Of a DNA stretch of 64,000 nucleotides, positions 1 through 11,831 are shown piece by piece. This DNA comes from Eimeria praecox (lineage: Eukaryota): contig OY986949.1 in assembly GCA_963920595.1 (NCBI GenBank), positions 3,534,001 through 3,598,000 of the forward strand, given 5' to 3'. Every line of letters begins with the position of its first letter. Positions within the stretch are counted from its first letter, which is position 1. The notes under the pieces were generated by a model. The model did no database searches. It worked only from the letters and a program-made list of their open reading frames with translations, and was not told where the DNA came from. Position numbers and translations under genes: made by a program.

Positions 1-400
1 AACATGTTTCCAGCATAATGATACTGTTCCGCATTGAGATCCTCTTTTCCCCAACAGCACAGAATACAAACTCATGGGAGGTTGATGAACCCGCCAAACG
101 CGCTATCCCAAGCTTACGGGTAAAGCTTCAACCTCCCGTAGGATCGATTTGAACTTACTAGCTGCTCTCCCTGACAGCACACCTAGCACGCAATGGCAGC
201 CCTGATCGCCGATCAATGCCCTGATTCGCCAACTAGGTTATTCAGTACAACCTAATCGCAAAGAATATGGAAACTGAGTCAGCTTTGCCGCCGCGCCAAA
301 CTCACTTATTGCCTTTTCTGACAGCACGCACAACGTCCTGGCTCAACACTTCAGCACTACCCGGGCCAAATATTCCAACTTCGAACGCTGCCATGGCCTG
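1..400. other. Non-satellite (or unrecognisably decayed) left flank; no supported gene
   Basis: I found no collinear match to the monomer before about 400. The C/A skew looks weaker here, and the only ORFs are short and run into the satellite. Confidence 0.6.
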
Positions 401-417
401 TACACGGCGCCGCCTCG

Positions 418-1345
418 CACACTGCAACACCAGCAGCAGCTCCCACGCCTGTCTGTTCAGTAACCGCCTGGCCTTCCAACTCTGCAAACGCACTTCCTCT
501 TTTGGCTGAAACCCAACAAGAACGTAAGCCGCCGAGCCTCCTAAGGGCACGATCCGTTGCAAACTGCCATCCAAAATCTATTCCCAAGACCACCAGCAGT
601 TCACTATGAAACATGCATCTGCCCCAGCTTGTCACACTCTTGACACATTCATGTTGCGCGCTTCCGCTTCCATCGACCAGCGACTAATCGACCCCTTTGC
701 AACACCGCACACAAAAGCAGGTCTTAGCCTTCCAACAGAAAAAAAACACACAAATGCCCGTCTCAACGTCGGTCCGTGCACCACGAGCGGCATCCCACAC
801 TGCAACACCAGCAGCAGCTCCCACACCTGTCTGTTCAGTAACCGCCTGGCCTTGCAACTCTGCAAACGCACTTCCTCTTTTGGCTGAAACCCAACAAGAA
901 CGTAAGCCGCCGAGCCTCCTAAGGGCACGATCCGTTGCAAACTGCCATCCAAAATCTATTCCCAAGACCACCAGCAATTCACTATGAAACATGCATCTGC
1001 CCCAGCTTGTCACACTCTTGACGCATTCATGTTGCGCGCTTCCGCTTCCATCGACCAGCGACTAATCGACGCCTTTGCAACACTGCACACAAAAGCAGGT
1101 CTTAGCCTTCCAACAGAAAAAAACACACAAATGCCCGTCTCAACGTCGGTCCGTGCACCACGAGCGGCATCCCACACTGCAACACCAGCAGCAGCTCCCA
1201 CACCTGTTTGTTCAGTAACCGCCTGGCCTTCCAACTCTGCAAACGCACTTCCTCTTTTGGCTGAAACCCAACAAGAACGTAAGCCGCCGAGCCTCCTAAG
1301 GGCACAATCCGTTGCAAACTGCCATCAAAAATCTACTGCCAAGAC
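418..1345 (+). repeat. Divergent edge subfamily ('type A') of the satellite, ~2.5 copies of 378/377 bp
   Basis: CACACTGCAACACCAGCAGCAGCTCC occurs at 418, 796 and 1173 (offsets 378, 377). The copies are nearly identical to each other and collinear with, but clearly diverged from, the main monomer: they lack the (CT)n tract and have an extra CGCTTC duplication. Confidence 0.93.
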
Positions 1346-1424
1346 AACCAGCAAGCCGCTCGCTAGCATGGAAATGCCCCAGAATAGGGCACTCGTCCCC
1401 CAGACTCAAGTCCAGCACTTCCAT

Positions 1425-1514
1425 CGACCACCTACTAATTTACGCCTATGGAATGCCCCACACAAAAACGCGACAGCTACTAATTTGCGCCTATGGAACG
1501 CCCCACACAAAAAC
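1425..1514 (+). repeat. 45-bp internal tandem duplication in the first type-B monomer (423-bp unit)
   Basis: CTACTAATTTACGCCTATGGAATGCCCCACACAAAAAC at 1432 and CTACTAATTTGCGCCTATGGAACGCCCCACACAAAAAC at 1477. Unit 1368-1790 is 378+45 bp. Confidence 0.95.
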
Positions 1515-1997
1515 AGCTTTGTCTATCCTCTCAACAAAACACACAAACACGCATGACAGCGTTCGTCCATGCACAACAACCTCATGCCCACACTCCAACA
1601 CAGCCAGCACCTGCCAAACCTCTCTCTCTCTGCGCAGGAGCCGCCTGCCCTGCCACCTCCACAACACCCACTTGCTGCGGTTGCTGAAAACCAACAACAT
1701 CGTAAGCCAGCGAGTGTGCTAACGGCAACTCTCCCTCCCAACCAACAGCCATAATCTATTCCCAAAACCACCAGCACGCCACTATCTGCCATGCATCTGC
1801 CCCAGAATAGCGCACTCTTCCCACAGACTCACGTCCTGCGCTTCCATCGACCACCTACTAATTTACGCCTATGGAACGCCCCACACAAAAACAGCTTTGT
1901 CTATCCTCCCAACAAAACACACAAACACCCGTGGCTGCGCCCGTCCATGCACAACGCCCTCACGCGCACACTCTAGCATAACCAGCACCTGCCAAAC

Positions 1998-2009
1998 CTC
2001 TCTCTCTCT
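1998..2009 (+). repeat. (CT)n microsatellite embedded once per type-B monomer (example shown, (CT)6)
   Basis: AAAC(CT)nG occurs in essentially every intact monomer. n=6 gives 378 bp, n=7 gives 380 bp, n=5 gives 376 bp (units at 37972 and 39488) and n=8 gives 382 bp (unit at 62265). The collapsed form CTCTGT gives 372 bp. Confidence 0.95.
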
Positions 2010-5000
2010 GCGCAGAAGCCGCCTACCCTGCCACCTCCACAACACCCACTTGCTGCGGTTGCTGAAAACCAACAAAGCCGTAAGCCAGCGAGTCTGCTAA
2101 CGGCAACTCTCCCTCCCAACCAACAGCCATAATCTATTCCCAAAACCACCAGCACGCCACTAGCTACCATGCATCTGACCCAGAATAGCGCACTCTTCCC
2201 ACAGACTCACGTCCTGCGCTTCCATCGACCACCTACTAATTTACGCCTATGGAACGCCCCACACAAAAACAGCTTTGTCTATCCTCCCAACAAAACACAC
2301 AAACACCCGTGGCTGCGCCCGTCCATGCACAACAACCTGATGCCCACACTCTAACACAACCAGCACCTGCCAAACCTCTCTCTCTCTGCGCAGGAGCCGC
2401 CTGCCCTGCCACCTCCACAACACCCACTTGCTGCGGTTGCTAAACACCAACAAAACCGTAAGCCAGCGAGCCTGCTAACGGCAACCCTCGCTCCAAACCA
2501 ACAGACATAATCTATTCCCAAAACCGCCAGCACGCCACTAGCTACCATGCATCTGCCCCAGAATAGCGCGCTCTTGCTACAGACTCACGTCCTGCGCTTC
2601 CATCGACCACCTACTAATTTACGCCTATGGAACGCCCCACACAAAAACAGCTTTGTCTATCCTCCCAACAAAACACACAAACACCCGTGGCAGCGTCCGT
2701 CCATGCACAACGCACTCACGCCCACACTCTAGCACAGCCAGCACCTGCCAAACCTCTCTCTCTCTGCGCAGGAGCCGCCTGCCCTGCCACCTCCACAACA
2801 CCCACTTGCTGCGGTTGCTGAAAACCAACAAAAACGTTAGCCAGCGAGCCTGCTAACGGCAGCCCTCCCTCCCAACCAACAGCCATAATCTATTCCCAAA
2901 ACCACCAGCACGCCACTATCTGCCATGCACCTGCCCCAGAATAGCGCACTCTTCCCACAGACTCACGTCCCGCGCTTCCATCGACCACCTACTAATTTAC
3001 GCCTGTGGAACGCCCCACACAAAAACAGCTTTGTCTATCCTCCCAACAAAACACACAAACACCCGTGGCTGCGTCCGTCCATGCACAACAACCTGATGCC
3101 CACACTCTAACACAACCAGCACCTGCCAAACCTCTCTCTCTCTGCGCAGGAGCCGCCAACCCTGCCACCTCCACAACACCCACTCGCTGCGGTTGCTGAA
3201 AACCAACAAAAACGTTAGCCAGCGAGCCTGTTAACGGAAACTCTCGCTCCAAACCAACAGCCATAATCTATTCCCCAACCCACCAGCACGCCACTATCTA
3301 CCATGCATCTGCCCCAGAATAGCGCACTCTTCCCACAGACTCACGTCCCACGCTTCCATCGACCACCTACTAATTTACGCCTATGGAACGCCCCACACAA
3401 AAACGGCTTTGTCTATCCCCCGAACAAAACACACAAACACCCGTGGCTGCGCCCGTCCATGTACAACGCCCTCACGCCCACACTCTAGCACAGCCAGCAC
3501 CTGCCAAACCTCTCTCTCTCTGCGCAGGAGCCGCCTGCCTTGCCACCCCTACAACACCCACTTGCTGCGGTTGCTGAAAACCAACAAAAACGTTAGCCAG
3601 CGAGCCTGTTAACGGAAACCCTCGCTCCAAACCAACAGCCATAATCTATTCCCAAAACCACCAGCAAGCCACTAGCTACCATGCATCTGCCCCAGAATAG
3701 CGCACTCTTCCCACAGACTCACGTCCCACGCTTCCATCGACCACCTACTAATTTATGCCTATGGAACGCCCCACACAAAAACAGTTTTGTCCATCCTCCG
3801 AACAAAACACGCAAACACCCGTGGCAGCGTCCGTCCATGCACAACAACCTGATGCCCACACTCCAACACAACCAGCACCTGCCAAACCTCTCTCTCTCTG
3901 CGCAGGAGCCGCCTACCCTGCCACCTCCACAACACCCACTTGCTGCGGTTGCTGAAAACCAACAAAAACGTTAGCCAGCGAGCCTGCTAACGGCAACCCT
4001 CCCTCCCAACCAACAGCCATAATCTATTCCCAAAACCACCAGCACGCCGCTAGCTACCATGCATCTGCTCCAGAATAGCGCACTCTTCCCACAGACTCAC
4101 GTTCCACGCTTCCATCGACCACCTACTAATTTACGCCTATGGAACGCCCCACACAAAAACAGCTTTGTCTATCCTCCGAACAAAACACACAAACACCCGT
4201 GGCAGCGTCCGCCCATGTATAACAACCTGATGCCCACACTTCAACACAACCAGCACCTGCCAAACCTCTCTGTCTCTTTGCGCAGGAGCCGCCTGCCTTG
4301 CCACCTCCACAACACCCACTTGCTGCGGTTGCTGGAAACCAACAAAAACGTTAGCCAGCGAGCCTGTTAACGGAAACTCTCGCTCCAAGCTAACAGCCAT
4401 AATCTATTCCCAAAACCACCAGCAAGCCACTATCTGCCATGCATCTGCCCCAGAATAGCGCACTCTTCCCACAGACTCAAGTCCCACGCTTCCATCGACC
4501 ACCTACTAATTTACGCCTGTGGAACGCCCCACACAAAAACAGCTTTGTCTATCCTCCCAACAAAACACACAAACACCCGTGGCTGCGTCCGTCCATGCAC
4601 AACAACCTGATGCCCACACTCTAACACAACCAGCACCTGCCAAACCTCTCTCTCTCTGCGCAGGAGCCGCCAACCCTGCCACCTCCACAACACCCATTTG
4701 CTGCGGTTGCTGAAAACCAACAAAAACGTTAGCCAGCGAGCCTGTTAACGGAAACCCTCGCTCCAAACCAACAGCCATAATCTATTCCCAAAACCACCAG
4801 CACGCCACTAGCTACCATGCATCTGCCCCAGAATAGCGCACTCTTCCCACAGACTCACGTCCTGCGCTTCCATCGACCACCTACTAATTTACGCCTATGG
4901 AACGCCCCACACAAAAACAGCTTTGTCTATCCTAAGAACAAAACACACAAACACCCGTGGCAGCGTCCGTCCATGCACAGCGCCCTCATGCGCACACTCC

Positions 5001-7845
5001 AACACAACCAGCACCTGCCAAACCTCTCTCTCTCTGCGCAGGACCCGCCTACCCTGCCACCTCCACAACACCCACTTGCTGCGGTTGCTGAAAACCAACA
5101 AAAACGTTAGCCAGCGAGCCTGTTAACGGCAACCCTCCCTCCCAACCAACAGCCATAATCTATTCCCAAACCCACCGGCACGCCACTAGCTACCATGCAT
5201 CTGCCCCAGATTGTCGCACTCTTCCCACAGACTCACGTCCCGCGCTTCCATCGACCAACCACTCATTTATGCCTATGGAACGCCTCACACAAAAACAGCT
5301 TTGTCTATCCTCCGAACAAAACACACAAACACCCGTGGCAGCGTCCGCCCATGTATAACAACCTGATGCCCACACTTCAACACAACCAGCACCTGCCAAA
5401 CCTCTCTGTCTCTTTGCGCAGGAGCCGCCTGCCTTGCCACCTCCACAACACCCACTTGCTGCGGTTGCTGGAAACCAACAAAAACGTTAGCCAGCGAGCC
5501 TGTTAACGGAAACCCTCGCTCCAATCTAACAGCCATAATCTATTCCCAAAACCACCAGCACGCCACTAGCTACCATGCTTCTGCCCCAGATTGTCGCGCT
5601 CTTGCTACAGACTCACGTCCTGCGCTTCCATCGACCACCTACTAATTTACGCCTATGGAACGCCCCACACAAAAACAGCTTTGTCTATCCTCCCAACAAA
5701 ACACACAAACACCCGTGGCTGCGCCCGTCCATTCACAGCGCCCTCATGCGCACACTCCAACACAACCAGCACCTGCCAAACCTCTCTCTCTCTGCGCAGG
5801 ACCCGCCTACCCTGCCACCTCCACAACACCCACTTGCTGCGGTTGCTGAAAACCAACAAAAACGTTAGCCAGCGAGCCTGTTAACGGAAACCCTCGCTCC
5901 AAACCAACAGCCATAATCTATTCCCCAAACCACCAGCACGCCACTATCTACCGTGCATCTGCCCCAGAATAGCGCACTCTTCCCACAGACTCACGTCCCA
6001 CGCTTCCATCGACCACCTACTAATTTATGCCTAAGGAACGCCCCACACAAAAACAGCTTTGTCTATCCTCCGAACAAAACACACAAACACCCGTGGCTGC
6101 GCCCGTCCATTCACAGCGCCCTCATGCGCACACTCCAACACAACCAGCACCTGCCAAACCTCTCTCTCTCTGCGCAGGACCCGCCTACCCTGCCACCTCC
6201 ACAACACCCACTTGCTGCGGTTGCTAAACACCAACAAAAATCGTTAGCCAGCGAGTCTGCTAACGGCAACCCTCCCTCCCAACCAACAGCCATAATCTAT
6301 TCCCAAAACCACCAGCACGCCACTAGCTACCATGCATCTGCCCCAGAATAGCGCACTCTTCCCACAGACTCACGTCCCACGCTTCCATCGACCACCTACT
6401 AATTTACGCCTGTGGAACGCCCCACACAAAAACAGCTTTGTCTATCCTCCCAACAAAACACACAAACACCCGTGGCAGCGTCCGTCCATGCACAACAACC
6501 TCATGCCCACACTCCAACACAGCCAGCACCTGCCAAACCTCTCTCTCTCTGCGCAGGAGCCGCCTGCCCTGCCACCTCCACAACACCCACTTGCTGCGGT
6601 TGCTGAAAACCAACAAAAACGTTAGCCAGCGAGCCTGGTAAGGGAAACCCTCGCTCCAAACCAGCAGCCATAATCTATTCCCAAAACCACCGGCACGCCA
6701 CTAGCTACCATGCATCTGCCCCCGAATAGCGCACTCTTCCCACAGACTCACGTCCCACGCTTCCATCGACCACCTACTAATTTACGCCTATGGAACGCCC
6801 CACACAAAAACAGCTTTGTCTATCCTCCGAACAAAACACACAAACACCCGTGGCTGCGCCCGTCCATTCACAGCGCCCTCATGCGCACACTCCAACACAA
6901 CCAGCACCTGCCAAACCTCTCTCTCTCTCTGCGCAGGACCTGCCTACCCTGCCACCTCCACAACACCCACTTGCTGCGGTTGCTGAAAACCAACAAAAAC
7001 GTTAGCCAGCGAGCCTGCTAACGGCAACCCTCCCTCCCAACCAACAGCCATAATCTATTCCCAAAACCACCAGCACGCCACTAGCTACCATGCATCTGCC
7101 CCACAATAGCGCACTCTTCCCACAGACTCACGTCCCACGCTTCCATCGACCACCTACTAATTTATGCCTATGGAACGCCCCACACAAAAACAGTTTTGTC
7201 TATCCTCCCAACAAAACACACAAACACCCGTGGCTGCGTCCGTCCATGCACAACAACCTGATGCCCACACTCCAACACAGCCAGCACCTGCCAAACCTCT
7301 CTCTCTCTGCGCAGGAGCCGCCAACCCTGCCACCTCCACAACACCCACTTGCTGCGGTTGCTGAAAACCAACAAAAACGTTAGCCAGCGAGCCTGTTAAC
7401 GGCAACCCTCCCTCCAAACCAACAGCCATAATCTATTCCCAAAACCACCAGCACGCCACTATCTACCATGCATCTGCCCCAGAATAGCGCATTCTTCCCA
7501 CAGACTCACGTCCCACGCTTCCATCGACCACCTACTAATTTATGCCTAAGGAACGCCCCACACAAAAACAGCTTTGTCTATCCTCCCAACAAAACACACA
7601 AACACCCGTGGCTGCGCCCGTCCATTCACAGCGCCCTCATGCGCACACTCCAACACAACCAGCACCTGCCAAACCTCTCTCTCTCTGCGCAGGACCCGCC
7701 TACCCTGCCACCTCCACAACACCCACTTGCTGCGGTTGCTGAAAACCAACAAAAACGTAAGCCAGCGAGCCTGTTAACGGCAACCCTCCCTCCCAACCAA
7801 CAGCCATAATCTATTCCCAAAACCACCAGCACGCCACTATCTACC

Positions 7846-10115
7846 ATGCATCTGCCCCAGAATAGCGCACTCTTCCCACAGACTCACGTCCCACGCTTCC
7901 ATCGACCACCTACTAATTTACGCCTGTGGAACGCCCCACACAAAAACAGCTTTGTCTATCCTCCCAACAAAACACACAAACACCCGTGGCTGCGCCCGTC
8001 CATTCACAGCGCCCTCATGCCCACACTCCAACACAACCAGCACCTGCCAAACCTCTCTCTCTCTGCGCAGAAGCCGCCTAATCTGCCACCTCCACAACAC
8101 CCACTTGCTGCGGTTGCTGAAAACCAACAAAAACGTTAGCCAGCGAGCCTGTTAACGGCAACCCTCCCTCCCAACCAACAGCCATAATCTATTCCCCAAA
8201 CCACCAGCACGCCACTAGCTACCATGCATCTGCCCCAGAATAGCGCACTCTTCCCACAGACTCACGTCCCACGCTTCCATCGACCACCTACTAATTCACG
8301 CCTATGGAACGCCCCACACAAAAGCAGCTTTGTCTATCCTCCGAACAAAACACACAAACACCCGTGGCAGCGTCCGTCCATGCACAACAACCTGATGCCC
8401 ACACTCCAACACAACCAGCACCTGCCAAACCTCTCTCTCTCTGCGCAGGACCCGCCTACCCTGCCACCTCCACAACACCCACTTGCTGCGGTTGCTGAAA
8501 ACCAACAAAAACGTAAGCCAGCGAGCCTGTTAACGGCAACCCTCCCTCCCAACCAACAGCCATAATCTATTCCCAAAACCACCAGCACGCCACTATCTAC
8601 CATGCATCTGCCCCAGAATAGCGCACTCTTCCCACAGACTCACGTCCCACGCTTCCATCGACCACCTACTAATTTACGCCTGTGGAACGCCCCACACAAA
8701 AACAGCTTTGTCTATCCTCCCAACAAAACACACAAACACCCGTGGCTGCGCCCGTCCATTCACAGCGCCCTCATGCCCACACTCCAACACAACCAGCACC
8801 TGCCAAACCTCTCTCTCTCTGCGCAGAAGCCGCCTAATCTGCCACCTCCACAACACCCACTTGCTGCGGTTGCTGAAAACCAACAAAAACGTTAGCCAGC
8901 GAGCCTGTTAACGGCAACCCTCCCTCCCAACCAACAGCCATAATCTATTCCCCAAACCACCAGCACGCCACTAGCTACCATGCATCTGCCCCAGAATAGC
9001 GCACTCTTCCCACAGACTCACGTCCCACGCTTCCATCGACCACCTACTAATTCACGCCTATGGAACGCCCCACACAAAAGCAGCTTTGTCTATCCTCCCA
9101 ACAAAACACACAAACACCCGTGGCTGCGCCCGTCCATTCACAGCGCCCTCATGCGCACACTCCAACACAACCAGCACCTGCCAAACCTCTCTCTCTCTGC
9201 GCAGGACCCGCCTACCCTGCCACCTCCACAACACCCACTTGCTGCGGTTGCTGAAAACCAACAAAAACGTAAGCCAGCGAGCCTGCTAACGGCAACCCTC
9301 CCTCCCAACCAACAGCCATAATCTATTCCCCAAACCACCAGCACGCCACTATCTACCATGCATCTGCCCCAGAATAGCGCACTCTTCCCACAGACTCACG
9401 TCCCACGCTTCCATCGACCACCTACTAATTTACGCCTGTGGAACGCCCCACACAAAAACAGCTTTGTCTATCCTCCCAACAAAACACACAAACACCCGTG
9501 GCTGCGCCCGTCCATTCACAGCGCCCTCATGCCCACACTCCAACACAACCAGCACCTGCCAAACCTCTCTCTCTCTGCGCAGAAGCCGCCTAATCTGCCA
9601 CCTCCACAACACCCACTTGCTGCGGTTGCTGAAAACCAACAAAAACGTTAGCCAGCGAGCCTGTTAACGGCAACCCTCCCTCCCAACCAACAGCCATAAT
9701 CTATTCCCCAAACCACCAGCACGCCACTAGCTACCATGCATCTGCCCCAGAATAGCGCACTCTTCCCACAGACTCACGTCCCACGCTTCCATCGACCACC
9801 TACTAATTCACGCCTATGGAACGCCCCACACAAAAGCAGCTTTGTCTATCCTCCGAACAAAACACACAAACACCCGTGGCAGCGTCCGTCCATGCACAAC
9901 AACCTGATGCCCACACTCCAACACAGCCAGCACCTGCCAAACCTCTCTCTCTCTCTGCGCAGGACCCGCCTAGTCTGCCACCTCCACAACACCCACTTGC
10001 TGCGGTTGCTGAAAACCAACAAAAACGTTAGCCAGCGAGCCTGTTAACGGCAACCCTCCCTCCCAACCAACAGCCATAATCTATTCCCCAAACCACCAGC
10101 ACGCCACTAGCTACC
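7846..10115 (+). repeat. Dimeric higher-order repeat, 756-bp period, ~3 copies
   Basis: Units at 7846, 8602 and 9358 share CGCCTGTGG and AGAAGCCGCCTAATCTG. Units at 8224, 8980 and 9736 share TAATTCACG and AAAAGCAGC. Confidence 0.88.
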
Positions 10116-11831
10116 ATGCATCTGCCCCAGAATAGCGCACTCTTCCCACAGACTCACGTCCCACGCTTCCATCGACCACCTACTAATTCACGCCTATGGA
10201 ACGCCCCACACAAAAGCAGCTTTGTCTATCCTCCGAACAAAACACACAAACACCCGTGGCAGCGTCCGTCCATGCACAACAACCTGATGCCCACACTCCA
10301 ACACAACCAGCACCTGCCAAACCTCTCTCTCTCTGCGCAGGACCCGCCTACCCTGCCACCTCCACAACACCCACTTGCTGCGGTTGCTGAAAACCAACAA
10401 AAACGTTAGCCAGCGAGCCTGTTAACGGAAACCCTCGCTCCAAACCAACAGCCATAATCTATTCCCAAAACCACCAGCACGCCACTATCTACCATGCAAC
10501 TGCCCCAGAATAGCGCACTCTTCCCACAGACTCACGTCCCACGCTTCCATCGACCACCTACTAATTTATGCCTAAGGAACACCCCACACAAAAACAGCTT
10601 TGTCTATCCTCCGAACAAAACACGCAAACACCCGTGGCACCGTCCGTCCATGCACAGCGGCCTCATGCGCACACTCCAACACAACCAGCACCTGCCAAAC
10701 CTCTCTCTCTCTGCGCAGGAGCCGCCAACCCTGCCACCTCCACAACACCCACTTGCTGCGGTTGCTGAAAACCAACAAAAACGTTAGCCAGCGAGCCTGT
10801 TAACGGCAACCCTCCCTCCAAACCAACAGCCATAATCTATTCCCAAAACCACCAGCACGCCACTAGCTACCATGCATCTGCCCCAGAATAGCGCATTCTT
10901 CCCACAGACTCACGTCCCACGCTTCCATCGACCACCTACTAATTTACGCCTATGGAACGCCCCACACAAAAACAGCTTTGTCTATCCTCCCAACAAAACA
11001 CACAAACACCCGTGGCAGCGTCCGTCCATGCATAACAACCTGATGCCCACACTCCAACACAGCCAGCACCTGCCAAACCTCTCTCTCTCTGCGCAGAAGC
11101 CGCCTAATCTGCCACCTCCACAACACCCACTTGCTGCGGTGGCTAAACACCAACAAAAACGTAAGCCAGCGACCCTGTTAACGGAAACCCTCCCTCCAAA
11201 CCAACAGCCATAATCTATTCCCCAAACCACCAGCACGCCACTATCTACCATGCATCTTCCCCAGATTGTCGCACTCTTCCCACAGACTCACGTCCCGCGC
11301 TTCCATCGACCACCTACTAATTTACGCCTATGGAACGCCCCACACCAAAACAGCCTTGTCTATCCTCCGAGCAAAACACACAAACACCCGTGGCAGCGTC
11401 CGTCCATGCACAACAACCTCATGCCCACACTCCAACACAGCCAGCATCTGCCAAACCTCTCTCTCTCTCTGCGCAGGAGCCGCCTGCCCTGCCACCTCCA
11501 CAACACCCACTTGCTGCGGTTGCTGGAAACCAACAAAAACGTTAGGCAGCGAGCCTGTTAACGGCAACCCTCGCTCCCAACCAACAGCCATAATCTATTC
11601 CCAAAACCACCAGCACGCCACTATCTACCATGCATCTGCCCCAGATTGTCGCAGTCTTGCTACAGACTCACGTCCTGCGCTTCCATCGACCACCTACTAA
11701 TTTACGCCTATGGAACGCCCCACACAAAAACAGCTTTGTCTATCCTCCGAACAAAACACACAAACACCCGTGGCAGTGTCCGTCCATGCACAGCAACCTG
11801 ATGCCCACACTCTAACACAACCACCACCTGT

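Noticed and set aside
2120..2168. Tandem 5S rRNA, spliced-leader RNA or tRNA gene array (CCAACAGCCATA vaguely resembles a 5S 5' end)
   Set aside because: The similarity stops after about 12 nt. I found no 5S internal control boxes, no trypanosomatid, nematode or dinoflagellate leader sequence, and no cloverleaf. Checked by eye only; cmscan would be decisive.
2247..2453. WD40-like look of the minus-strand peptide (LECGHQVVV...VGRIDKAVFVWG), plus 378 bp = 3 x 42 codons as in HET-E/HNWD WD repeats
   Set aside because: There is only one such motif per monomer and no 126-bp periodicity. In-frame stops follow it, and the type-A version lacks GH, DK and W. G/T-rich DNA readily yields V, W and G. 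A significant HMMER hit to Pfam WD40 (PF00400) would reopen this.
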